The translations under genes and the position numbers were made by a program. From IMG/VR virus record IMGVR_UViG_3300042350_004528, positions 1 to 64,000 of that record: DNA of 64,000 nt, one strand, 5' to 3'. The notes under the pieces were generated by a model. That model saw only the letters and a program-made list of their open reading frames with translations, was not told where the DNA came from and did not search any database. Position 1 is the stretch's first letter, and the number at the start of each line of letters is the position of its first letter. Shown here piece by piece: positions 1-8,711 of the stretch.

Positions 1-14
1 TTTTAATTAGGGTA

Positions 15-46
15 CAAAAGTAATAAAGATTTTTTAAATAGTCAAG
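15..46 (-). promoter_or_regulatory. Bacteroidota-type -33/-7 promoter (CTTG-N20-TACTTTTG) for a gene beyond the left edge
   Basis: Matches the TTTG-N19-21-TAnnTTTG consensus; the same 20-nt spacer occurs at four other intergenic sites. Confidence 0.6.
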
Positions 47-404
47 TTTTTGGGCGTTTTTTTTTCAATTTTTTTTCAAACGCTACTTTAACCTCCTCAT
101 TTATAGAGTATAAGAGTCCACCATCTTTATCCACACCACTAGCTTCTATGATACCATCTTCAATTAAATCATTGAAAGTTTCACCAATTACGGTAAGTCT
201 AACAGATTTAACAGATTCATCAAACTGTTCTGAGGTTATCTCTGGGGTTTCAAGCTTTTTTAGGTTGTTGGTTGAGTGCTTTAAAAATTCATCGTACAAT
301 TTGTCAGAATCCATAAACGGATTTTCAACTTCATTAAAAAACCCCTCTTCATCAAGAAGTTTTATACAATTTTTACAGTAAATTACCGATTCAATATTAT
401 CCAT
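42..404 (-). CDS. hypothetical protein (120 aa)
   Basis: ORF on the dominant strand with a promoter immediately upstream. Confidence 0.75.
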   Translation of the reverse strand: MDNIESVIYCKNCIKLLDEEGFFNEVENPFMDSDKLYDEFLKHSTNNLKKLETPEITSEQFDESVKSVRLTVIGETFNDLIEDGIIEASGVDKDGGLLYSINEEVKVAFEKKLKKKRPKT

Positions 405-408
405 GCCG

Positions 409-440
409 CAATATTACGAAGATTTTATCAAAAAACCAAA
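409..440 (-). promoter_or_regulatory. Bacteroidota-type promoter (TTTG-N20-TAATATTG)
   Basis: Directly upstream of the ATG at 404; 20-nt spacer. Confidence 0.55.
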
Positions 441-796
441 TCAATCCCCTCTTTATTATCATAAGAGTCCATAATTTCGGTTATTTTATGATTGACCCAA
501 GATGGTAGTTTATCGTAATACTTTCTAAATAAAGTATAATCGGATTTGTCAATATCAAAAATTTCTGTTGGTGTATCTTCAAATGTGTTTTTTCTTTTTT
601 CATCAAAATACAATTCACCCACCTCACAAAAATATACCTTACTCAAGTTTGGGACTAAGTCTATTGATAAGTAAATATGTGATTTATCTGGCGATATGTA
701 GTAGATTTTTAATTTTTTGTTTTCATAGTCGTAGACTCTGAATTTATAAATAAATAAGCTGTTAAGGTATTTAACCTTTTTATCAAAGTTTCTCAT
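428..796 (-). CDS. hypothetical protein (122 aa)
   Basis: ORF with ATG start that fills the space between its neighbours. Confidence 0.7.
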   Translation of the reverse strand: MRNFDKKVKYLNSLFIYKFRVYDYENKKLKIYYISPDKSHIYLSIDLVPNLSKVYFCEVGELYFDEKRKNTFEDTPTEIFDIDKSDYTLFRKYYDKLPSWVNHKITEIMDSYDNKEGIDLVF

Positions 797-868
797 CTTT
801 TTATCATTTAGTGACTATTTATAGTAGAGCGTAAAAGATAAAAAACTTTTAAATAAATATCTCTAACT

Positions 869-1264
869 ATGATAAAAAGAAAAATTAAAGTAACCGAAAA
901 ACAGATTGAGATGCTAGCTGAATCAGAAATGGCTAAGCTAAAAAAAGAAGACATTGAAAGTATGATTGGTGATCCAGAAGATAGGAAAATTGAATACCCA
1001 AGCGCTGGTGAAATAGAAGCCATAAAAAATGATATGGACATGCCATCGGGTGATGAGAGTGATGCAATTGACCCTAAGGATATGAAAACACCACCTCATG
1101 AATTAATAGAATATTTGGATAAAATTGAAGAGGCTAAATCCATATTAAGTAAAGTTGCCGCTAAAGAGGACAACGAAAACATTAAAAACAGAATTTATGC
1201 ACATTATGAGAAAGCTCAAAAATTAGCTTTCGAATTAATAAAAGAATTTGGTATCGTTCACTAA
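869..1264 (+). CDS. acidic putative head-associated protein with N-terminal KIKVTEKQ motif
   Basis: 131-aa ORF; N-terminal motif shared with 7146..7493; followed by a terminator. Confidence 0.7.
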   Translation: MIKRKIKVTEKQIEMLAESEMAKLKKEDIESMIGDPEDRKIEYPSAGEIEAIKNDMDMPSGDESDAIDPKDMKTPPHELIEYLDKIEEAKSILSKVAAKEDNENIKNRIYAHYEKAQKLAFELIKEFGIVH

Positions 1265-1297
1265 CTGATACGTATTTTATCTTTTTTATTTTGATCA

Positions 1298-1329
1298 AAA
1301 GGTGGTTATATAACCACCTTTATTTTTTT
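1298..1329 (+). terminator. Rho-independent terminator
   Basis: Perfect palindrome AAAGGTGGTTATATAACCACCTTT followed by a T-rich tract. Confidence 0.75.
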
Positions 1330-1352
1330 ATATAATTTAGTATTTTTAAAAT

Positions 1353-1982
1353 ATGTACGAAGTGGTATTATATAATAAAGGCAAAAGAGTTAAGGTTATA
1401 AAAAAATATAACCTGTACGGTAATGCAATTAAAAAATACAGGGATTTATTATCCAAAAATACCACATTTTTTCCAAAAGAAACTTTATGGAACGGTAGCA
1501 AAACAGATTATGAATTGGTTTTAACGGCTCCACCAAAAAACAAAGCGAAAGAATTTTTCAGAAATGAACTTGGTGCTGTGGTTAAAATAAAAACATCGGG
1601 TAATTTTGTTATCAAACAGGTAACAAAATATTCAGTAGAAGAAGTTTTTAGGGATAGATTAAATAATAAAAAATTACAATTTAAAGACTTAATAAAGTAC
1701 CTACTAAAAAAATCAAATACCACTTGTGTTGTTTATGTTATAAATAACAAATTGTTTATTGAGTACTTTGAAAATGATGACGTTAATTTATATGTTTTAA
1801 AAAATTGTGATGACGCTTACAGATTGTCTGAGACAATCAAACAATTCGCCAACGTAAACGAGTTACACAACTTTATATTTTTCCAGGAGCCCACTTTAGA
1901 AAACAAAGTAAGGATCTATGATATTTTACAAGAAAAATATGGTGTAACCAGAGAATATATGTACAGATTGGGTACCAGGTAG
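1353..1982 (+). CDS. hypothetical basic protein (209 aa)
   Basis: Long ORF with an A-rich leader. Confidence 0.75.
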   Translation: MYEVVLYNKGKRVKVIKKYNLYGNAIKKYRDLLSKNTTFFPKETLWNGSKTDYELVLTAPPKNKAKEFFRNELGAVVKIKTSGNFVIKQVTKYSVEEVFRDRLNNKKLQFKDLIKYLLKKSNTTCVVYVINNKLFIEYFENDDVNLYVLKNCDDAYRLSETIKQFANVNELHNFIFFQEPTLENKVRIYDILQEKYGVTREYMYRLGTR

Positions 1983-2204
1983 TTACTTTTTAAGTTTAAT
2001 TATAAACTTAACGTTTCCAATAATTACCTCAAAAGTATTTTTAGATTTATATCCTTGCAAAGTTTTGTTATGTAAACGATAGGCCTCTTGTTGTAGGTTT
2101 TCGTGTTTAGCCTCATTTAAATATATTGTCATATCAGCTGTGGTTTTATCCCCGATAATCCCAACACATTCTTTTGATAGTTTATATAAGTCTTCAAGTT
2201 TCAT
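1983..2204 (-). CDS. hypothetical protein (73 aa)
   Basis: ATGA overlap with the upstream gene. Confidence 0.7.
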   Translation of the reverse strand: MKLEDLYKLSKECVGIIGDKTTADMTIYLNEAKHENLQQEAYRLHNKTLQGYKSKNTFEVIIGNVKFIIKLKK

Positions 2205-2422
2205 ATGTACCTAAAAAATCTTCTAAGTTTTGTTTTAAATTTTTGTAAAAAAGATGGTTCTTTCTTAATATAAGTATTGTAATCTGAGATTTTTTCACCC
2301 AAACCACTCTTCATTTGCTTGGCGAATTTTTGTTTCTCAATTTCATTTTCAATATGATCCTTACGAATTTCTTTGTCGAAAGCATCTAAATATTTTTGTA
2401 TTTCTCCTTGGTTTTCCATCAT
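2201..2422 (-). CDS. hypothetical protein (73 aa)
   Basis: 4-nt overlaps on both sides. Confidence 0.7.
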   Translation of the reverse strand: MMENQGEIQKYLDAFDKEIRKDHIENEIEKQKFAKQMKSGLGEKISDYNTYIKKEPSFLQKFKTKLRRFFRYI

Positions 2423-3015
2423 TTATAAATATAAACAGTAAAATCCTCATTACCCAAGTAATCTAAAACCAGTTTAGTTTTGGTGTACCTCTTCTTTATT
2501 AAAGCATAAAATTCTTCTGGAACAAAACTATTAAACTCGGGTATATCCAGATATTCTTTATTTAAAAAATTAAACGCAACACCTTTTTTGGATATGTTAA
2601 GAGATGCATCAATTGCTGAGAAGATTTCATCAAGCGGCATTCTAACTGTAAAAACACCCGACCCCAAAATGTAATCATATTTATCTTGAATGTCAAATAT
2701 TTCTCCAGTTGAAAAATTTACCCCTGGCTTTCTTTGTATTGCGTAAATTATGTAACTTGGGTTAATATCGACACCATTATAATTTTTTGTTGAAAAATTT
2801 TTTTGTTCCAGGTAATCGACCATGTGACCCAATCCGCAACCCAAATCTAAAATACTATCGTTTTCTGTTACACCAATCTGAAATAACGCATCAAACCTAG
2901 TATATTGCGATTCGCGATTACTCCAAGCAACAGACTCTGGGCTATTTATACTCGTTGAAAGTAAAAAGTCATTATAAAACTTTAATATTTGTTTCTTAAA
3001 TTTCGTCTTTAACAT
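2419..3015 (-). CDS. class I SAM-dependent methyltransferase
   Basis: Motif I ILDLGCGLG, GVDIN, YDYILGSG; N-terminal W-S-x3-Q-x2-RF. Confidence 0.85.
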   Translation of the reverse strand: MLKTKFKKQILKFYNDFLLSTSINSPESVAWSNRESQYTRFDALFQIGVTENDSILDLGCGLGHMVDYLEQKNFSTKNYNGVDINPSYIIYAIQRKPGVNFSTGEIFDIQDKYDYILGSGVFTVRMPLDEIFSAIDASLNISKKGVAFNFLNKEYLDIPEFNSFVPEEFYALIKKRYTKTKLVLDYLGNEDFTVYIYK

Positions 3016-3331
3016 GTCTCTCCAAATTTAATTGAATTAGGAACATTAAATACATAATACCAGAAACAATAGCCCCATCAAATAAGGTATATAGTAACAG
3101 TTCTAATAAGTTAGTATGACCATTTGAAAAAATGGAATATGATATTGAGTATTTGAAGCCCGTTGATGTTAAAAAACCAACCCAGAAACCAGTACACAAC
3201 ATACAAGTCAATAATGAGTAAATAAAAGGTACAGTACCTTTAAAAAACTCTCTAACAGGTTTAAATATTTTGCTTTGAACCAAAATGGTTGTTAACCCAT
3301 AACAACCCAATAAATAAAAAATTAAGCCCAT
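2996..3331 (-). CDS. DUF1360-like membrane protein
   Basis: Hydrophobic helices with the CMLCTGFWVG (CxxC..W) motif. Confidence 0.65.
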   Translation of the reverse strand: MGLIFYLLGCYGLTTILVQSKIFKPVREFFKGTVPFIYSLLTCMLCTGFWVGFLTSTGFKYSISYSIFSNGHTNLLELLLYTLFDGAIVSGIMYLMFLIQLNLERHVKDEI

Positions 3332-3333
3332 GA

Positions 3334-3804
3334 TTATTCGGTTTTACTTTCTTCAATATTTTCAGTAACCTCATCTTCACCACCAATAATGTTTTGGTTA
3401 GGTTCTATAAAATCTGGTTGTCCATCTTGTTGCCTTAAAGAATAAGGTGTTTCAAATTGGATCTCTTTTAACTCGTCATAACTTAAAGTTGTGAATAAAG
3501 TTTTTAATTGGGTTAATTTATCCTTAAATAAGGCCTGTTTTCTTTCAACATCTAGATTATGTTCAATGATATCAGTTAGTGCCATATAAAGCGAATTAAA
3601 GTCCAAAACATCGCTATAAATTATATAATAGCTTGCTGTGTTATTCTCGTTAGCTTTTTGTTTCTTAATGCTAATACCATCGACTGGTTTAAGAAACTCC
3701 CAATCGTTATTTAACCAAAAATCTATGATCTTGGTTGTTTTATTAACTCTAAACCCAATTATATTTTCTGGGTATTTTTCAAAAAATTCATCAATTCTAA
3801 TCAT
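3334..3804 (-). CDS. hypothetical protein (156 aa)
   Basis: Coupled ORF in the operon. Confidence 0.75.
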   Translation of the reverse strand: MIRIDEFFEKYPENIIGFRVNKTTKIIDFWLNNDWEFLKPVDGISIKKQKANENNTASYYIIYSDVLDFNSLYMALTDIIEHNLDVERKQALFKDKLTQLKTLFTTLSYDELKEIQFETPYSLRQQDGQPDFIEPNQNIIGGEDEVTENIEESKTE

Positions 3805-4019
3805 AATCCAATTCCTTTTAAAAATGAAGCAATTATCAAAGCAACAGATAACCCTAGATAAAACAATGATTTTTTATCAATTGAGTAAGGTGTTGGTTCT
3901 GGGTTATTTAAGTGCCTTATGAATAGAAATATCTGTCTAATTACCACCAAACAGGCCATAAAAAATATGACAGATAGTGTTTTATCGATTAAAACGTTAA
4001 GTGTTGCAAAAATATCCAT
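3801..4019 (-). CDS. small two-TM membrane protein
   Basis: Two hydrophobic segments; promoter upstream. Confidence 0.7.
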   Translation of the reverse strand: MDIFATLNVLIDKTLSVIFFMACLVVIRQIFLFIRHLNNPEPTPYSIDKKSLFYLGLSVALIIASFLKGIGL

Positions 4020-4030
4020 GGTTTTTCTTG

Positions 4031-4062
4031 CAAATTTAATAAAATAATTTCAATTAATCAAG
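4031..4062 (-). promoter_or_regulatory. Bacteroidota-type promoter (CTTG-N20-TAAATTTG)
   Basis: Perfect -7 element 11 nt upstream of the ATG at 4019. Confidence 0.6.
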
Positions 4063-4533
4063 TGGGTTTATAAAATATTTGTCCTGTACCTTGTATATTT
4101 CAATAAAAATATCATACTCTGATTTTGTTTTCCTTTTATTTAAAGATAAAACGTTTTCCCAAAATTCAACAATCTTGTTAAAAAGCAATTTACTTTTATT
4201 TTCGTTTTTATAATAAATTTCGGTAAAATAGTTTAAATAATAATAGTAGTGCTCTCCATTTTTTTTGAATCTGGTGTTTTCTTTTTCAAAGTTTTCCGCG
4301 TTTGTATTCCAACACCAATTAAAATGTGTCAACAAGTGTTCTTCATCAACAATTGTATCGTCACCCAAATACGTATCGTGAATCAAATGGCACAAAGAAA
4401 TAGCAAAATCGCAATATAACTCCACCCTTTCAGGTACAACTTGATTAATTGTGTTTAAATACTCTATTTGCTCAAAGCTCAGCTGCTTTGAGAAATAATC
4501 GATAAACTTTCCTATTGGCGCTCTGCGTTCCAT
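4054..4533 (-). CDS. hypothetical protein (159 aa)
   Basis: ORF with a TATTTAT motif upstream (4545-4551). Confidence 0.75.
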   Translation of the reverse strand: MERRAPIGKFIDYFSKQLSFEQIEYLNTINQVVPERVELYCDFAISLCHLIHDTYLGDDTIVDEEHLLTHFNWCWNTNAENFEKENTRFKKNGEHYYYYLNYFTEIYYKNENKSKLLFNKIVEFWENVLSLNKRKTKSEYDIFIEIYKVQDKYFINPLD

Positions 4534-4544
4534 GTTTATATATA

Positions 4545-4577
4545 ATAAATAAGGGCTTCCCGAATAGAAAGCCCTTA
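4545..4577 (-). terminator. Rho-independent terminator after the 651-aa gene; its U-tract overlaps a TATTTAT motif
   Basis: TAAGGGCTT...AAGCCCTTA inverted repeat followed by TTTATT on the minus strand. Confidence 0.65.
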
Positions 4578-4609
4578 CCTTTTATAATATTAATAAAACT
4601 TATGTAAAA

Positions 4610-6565
4610 TTAAATAAACTTTTTAGTAGAAACTTGTTTAAATAATAATTCATCTTCATTCAAACCTTTTGACTTGTTTTCGTTTACAAGTTTTTCTTCG
4701 TAAGAAAATAACGCTTTAAGTCTTTGAATGTCTTCATTAACCAGTTCTTCGTTTTCATTTACTTTACTGAAAACCGTGCTTTTTTCATAAGTTTGGCTTT
4801 TTTCAATTTGAGTTCTGTCGTGACTTGATGTGTAATCGTCATCTGTTATAAACTCATCCTCAGCCCTTTTTTTAGCCGCGTCTATTAATTTTTTACCACC
4901 TTCAGATTCGTGATCAACGTTTGCATGATCTTTTGGAGCCATACCTAATGCCTCATCTTTTATCTTATCAACTTGGTCTTTCTCTAAACCAGTTCTGTAA
5001 TCTAAATCTAAATTGTTTCTCCAACCATGTATCGTTTCATCAACGTTTTTTTCCCAGTCGTTCATTTGGTGTTTTTGATTTTTTAAATTATCAACTTTTT
5101 CTTCGGTCGTTTCTTGAGAATCCTCAGCATCTTTTGTTGCCTCAGCGTTTTCTTTTTCTGAATTTGTTTTATTTAATGAATCAACATTTTTACCTTTAAC
5201 TGGTGTATTAACTTCTTCCAAAACATCATCATCAGCGCCCAAATCTAAAGCATCGGCTGAGATAACATCCAACTCACGTTTTGATGCTAATGTTGGTTTT
5301 GCCATATCATCGCTAAAATCCTCAGAACCTTTTTCGGATCTATCTTCAATTGAGGATTCTATTTTTTCAATCTCTTTTTTCTTTGCATAAATGCTATTAC
5401 CCATATCAAAAATATCAGATAAGATATCTTCCATCATTTCAGTTGTTTCCATACCTAATTTGTTACCGAATTTCATGAAGAAACCACGTTTTCTCGGATT
5501 AACTAAATTTTCAAGCATGTTTCTATAAGACCACTCACCAGTTTGATTTAATTTTTCATAATAATCAACTGCACTTTCCTCTTCTTTTTTGGTCAAGAAA
5601 TCGGCAAATCCTTCGATTGTAACTTCGGTTTGTGGTTGGAAATAAGCCTTAAGGTCTTCAATATCCAATTTACCAACCATAGGAATGAATTTATCAACAA
5701 ATTTGCTATAACGAGCAATTTCCTGATCCAAAACTCTTTTCTTGTTTAAAAGGTATGTTGGGCTTTCGTTATCATCATCATCGTCTTCATTTTCGTTCAT
5801 TGCCATGCTTTGTTCACCAGATAAATATGATTTAATCGCATCCGCACTGTGATACATAACAGCAATTTTATCTTGTACCCAAGCTGGTAATTCAGCATTA
5901 CCATCAATCATCTTGAATACATCGGCTAAATCATCACAAATTTGTGATACTTTAACTTTATAATGCTCACCTTCTGGATAATTCCCTTCATACATTTCAC
6001 CTTCGTTTTTCTCAAAAGTTTCGGGGCTTCTATCTTGTTTGTTAGCAGTCGCATAATAATAAGCCTTACCACGTTTTTTACCATATTGGCTTTGGAAACG
6101 GCCCATAACTTCTTTATCATATTCACTTAACTCACCTTCTTCGTAGGTTTCACCCTCATCTTTTTTATTTCTGAGCATTTCAAGGTCTTTTTCATCAATG
6201 TCACCATCTTTATCTTGATCCATATATTTAGATTGGTCTGCTGATAATTTTTCATTTACCCAACCTTCCATTTTAGATGAACAATCACTTTCGTTCATCA
6301 TGCAAGATTTATACATTTCAGCAACAATTTCATCGTCTTCCATTAAAGTTGACATGATGCCTTCATAAGATTCACCCTCAGTTAATGTTTCGGGTAAAAA
6401 TCCTTCCATTTTTAATACTTCATACATGCATCCTTTCATAGCTTCATCTAGAATCATTTCTTGCATCATAGAGCGCATGGTTTCGTTAGTCATATGTTTC
6501 ATTTCTTTTATTAAATTTTCTTTTTTATTTTTTAATTCTATTGATTCATCAAGTTTCATAATCAT
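4610..6565 (-). CDS. acidic prohead core / internal head-like protein (651 aa)
   Basis: Very acidic and Met-rich; many [LMV]-x-E sites resembling T4 gp21 cleavage sites; EF-hand-like DQDKDGDIDEKD; YYATANK and LPAWVQDKI modules. Confidence 0.55.
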   Translation of the reverse strand: MIMKLDESIELKNKKENLIKEMKHMTNETMRSMMQEMILDEAMKGCMYEVLKMEGFLPETLTEGESYEGIMSTLMEDDEIVAEMYKSCMMNESDCSSKMEGWVNEKLSADQSKYMDQDKDGDIDEKDLEMLRNKKDEGETYEEGELSEYDKEVMGRFQSQYGKKRGKAYYYATANKQDRSPETFEKNEGEMYEGNYPEGEHYKVKVSQICDDLADVFKMIDGNAELPAWVQDKIAVMYHSADAIKSYLSGEQSMAMNENEDDDDDNESPTYLLNKKRVLDQEIARYSKFVDKFIPMVGKLDIEDLKAYFQPQTEVTIEGFADFLTKKEEESAVDYYEKLNQTGEWSYRNMLENLVNPRKRGFFMKFGNKLGMETTEMMEDILSDIFDMGNSIYAKKKEIEKIESSIEDRSEKGSEDFSDDMAKPTLASKRELDVISADALDLGADDDVLEEVNTPVKGKNVDSLNKTNSEKENAEATKDAEDSQETTEEKVDNLKNQKHQMNDWEKNVDETIHGWRNNLDLDYRTGLEKDQVDKIKDEALGMAPKDHANVDHESEGGKKLIDAAKKRAEDEFITDDDYTSSHDRTQIEKSQTYEKSTVFSKVNENEELVNEDIQRLKALFSYEEKLVNENKSKGLNEDELLFKQVSTKKFI

Positions 6566-7146
6566 AAATATCTTTCTCTAATTATTTTAGCGATATACTC
6601 AGGTGTTTTTTTAGTTTCATGTCCAATGTGTGAACAATATTCGTAACACTTTTCACACATACCATCTTTTGTTTCGCCAATTAATTTTATAGGTTTATCA
6701 ATGGCACCTTGTGAACAATATGGGAACGCTAAACACTTAGGTTCAATTGCAACTAATTTACCACCATTAAATGATGGTTTTTGTTGTAAATCCTGACCAA
6801 ACCATTCCATTAAGTGGTTTTCTGTTACCATCTCACCAGATTCGGTGTATAAATGTTCACTCACATAACCTTGTGGTGGTTCAACAATTTTACCAACACC
6901 ATCACCAGCAGCATTTTTTGCGCCTTTCCATCTCCATAAAACCCTTTTGTTTAGTTTGTTTTTTGATATTCTACTAAGGGGGCCAATAAAACCACCAAAT
7001 GTTGGGCTATCTGTTGATCCTAAAACACTAAGTGTGTTTGTCCCACCAGCATTTGAAGCTGCGGTTAAGCCACCAGTACTGGCACCCTCACCCTCTTCGT
7101 TTAATTTGGTTTTAACATTGTTTAAAAACTCTCCCTTGGTAATCAT
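6562..7146 (-). CDS. hypothetical head-associated protein with Cys-rich C-terminus
   Basis: N-terminal leader ending in LNE, Gly-rich segment, KCLAFPYC and CEKCYEYCSH. Confidence 0.65.
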   Translation of the reverse strand: MITKGEFLNNVKTKLNEEGEGASTGGLTAASNAGGTNTLSVLGSTDSPTFGGFIGPLSRISKNKLNKRVLWRWKGAKNAAGDGVGKIVEPPQGYVSEHLYTESGEMVTENHLMEWFGQDLQQKPSFNGGKLVAIEPKCLAFPYCSQGAIDKPIKLIGETKDGMCEKCYEYCSHIGHETKKTPEYIAKIIRERYL

Positions 7147-7493
7147 TAGTTTGATAAATTTTTAAGATCGCCAGACCAAAAACTTCTTTTAGTCCATAGG
7201 CTTTTATACAATTGAACCAATACATTTCTAGTTATTTCAACAATGTATTTTTCAATATCTTTATCGTTTTTAAATTTCTTTTTTACGATATCTTCAACTT
7301 TCTTTTCTAAATCAGAGCTTCTGTTTAAATCTAAAAAGTCTTTGATTTCTTTTTTAACAAGAGTTTTAATGTCACTTTTATCCGTTGGTGTTAAAGCCTC
7401 CGAAATAACTTCCCCGCAAGGACACACTTCACCCTCTTCTAAAACCTCTTTAAAATATGTGGTTAATTGCGATTCTGTAACTCTTATTTTCAT
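7146..7493 (-). CDS. putative head-associated protein with N-terminal KIRVTESQL motif
   Basis: Motif shared with 869..1264; TATTTAT 4 nt upstream. Confidence 0.7.
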   Translation of the reverse strand: MKIRVTESQLTTYFKEVLEEGEVCPCGEVISEALTPTDKSDIKTLVKKEIKDFLDLNRSSDLEKKVEDIVKKKFKNDKDIEKYIVEITRNVLVQLYKSLWTKRSFWSGDLKNLSN

Positions 7494-7516
7494 ACTAATA
7501 AATAGTTTAAATATGA

Positions 7517-7930
7517 TTAAAATACCACTCCAAGTATGATTGTTAGTATAACCAATACCCCTCCACCTATAATAGCACCGTTTCTTTGGTTCTTTAACGT
7601 AGTGATGTTTTTATTCAAATCTTTTATTTCGGATTCCCTCTCCACAATCACACTAGATTTTAATTGAATTATGCTGTCTTTTCTGACAACTAAATTAGAA
7701 TAGTCTAATATAATGCTATCTTGTTCTAAGCCTTTTTTTGTTAGTATTGATATGGTATCTCTGGCAACCAATAATTTTGCCTGAGTTAATTTATAATCCG
7801 AACGCATAATTAATGCGTTTTTTAATGTGGCGCATGGTACCACACAATTTGTATCATTTAAAACTGTTTGTGAATTCCCTGGCAATATCTGTGTTAGACA
7901 TAGAATTAATACGATTAATATCTTTTTCAT
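7517..7930 (-). CDS. exported coiled-coil protein with C-terminal TM helix; spanin-like candidate
   Basis: Signal peptide ending GNS|Q, coiled coil, C-terminal hydrophobic helix; overlaps the upstream gene by 77 nt. Confidence 0.5.
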   Translation of the reverse strand: MKKILIVLILCLTQILPGNSQTVLNDTNCVVPCATLKNALIMRSDYKLTQAKLLVARDTISILTKKGLEQDSIILDYSNLVVRKDSIIQLKSSVIVERESEIKDLNKNITTLKNQRNGAIIGGGVLVILTIILGVVF

Positions 7931-8192
7931 GTTGTTTTTTCTCTTTATCTAATTTATTTTTTAACTGTGATAACTCAATTTCGTATACGGCAATTTTCTC
8001 GTTTCTTTTTTCAATTGATTTCTTTAATGAATCTGCAACAAGTTCTTGTTTTGTTATTTGAGTATTTAAAGAATCCACTTTTTTATCATAGTGTGATGTG
8101 TCGATCAAACCCTTATTATGGTTATCAATTGCTAAGTATATTATAATACCAACTAAAGCTAAAATTATAAGATATGGTACGTATTTTTTCAT
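7854..8192 (-). CDS. i-spanin (Rz-like) candidate
   Basis: N-terminal TM helix plus periplasmic coiled coil, near the amidase and holin candidates. Confidence 0.55.
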   Translation of the reverse strand: MKKYVPYLIILALVGIIIYLAIDNHNKGLIDTSHYDKKVDSLNTQITKQELVADSLKKSIEKRNEKIAVYEIELSQLKNKLDKEKKQHEKDINRINSMSNTDIAREFTNSFK

Positions 8193-8194
8193 AA

Positions 8195-8710
8195 TTAGCT
8201 ACCTTGGGTTAAAGAAACTAATTTATTTCGACCTATCTGATTATCCGAAAACGACCTAGATGCGGTTTGAATCAAATTTAACAAGTCTTGATCCAACGCT
8301 ATTGTACCAGATATAACCTCAATTTGCGGTTCATCTTCATTGGTATCAAAAACAATTGATTTAATTGAATCTGTTCCAGGGTTTTTAATTGTTTCGCTGC
8401 GCATAATTATACGACTATCTTCCACGTTTATAGAAATAGTATCAAGTAATAGCCCAGATGCTTTTATAAATTCACCAATAGCTGCGGTTAATGATGTTTT
8501 TATTTCATCAGATAAACCCTCCTGACTATTTAAATAGCCAACAGTGTTAATACCGTCAAATTTAATTTCATCACCCGATTTTGTGGTTTCCTCACCGTTT
8601 TGATTTTCATCATCCGATTTAAGATTTATGTCAACCATTTCAGCCTCCATTAAAGATCTAATTTTAGCTAGTGATTTTCTAATTTGATCGTTTTCGTTAA
8701 TAATATTCAT
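8195..8710 (-). CDS. hypothetical acidic protein (171 aa), possibly head-associated
   Basis: N-terminus MNIINE...IRSLME resembles the leaders of other head-like proteins here. Confidence 0.7.
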   Translation of the reverse strand: MNIINENDQIRKSLAKIRSLMEAEMVDINLKSDDENQNGEETTKSGDEIKFDGINTVGYLNSQEGLSDEIKTSLTAAIGEFIKASGLLLDTISINVEDSRIIMRSETIKNPGTDSIKSIVFDTNEDEPQIEVISGTIALDQDLLNLIQTASRSFSDNQIGRNKLVSLTQGS

Positions 8711-8711
8711 A

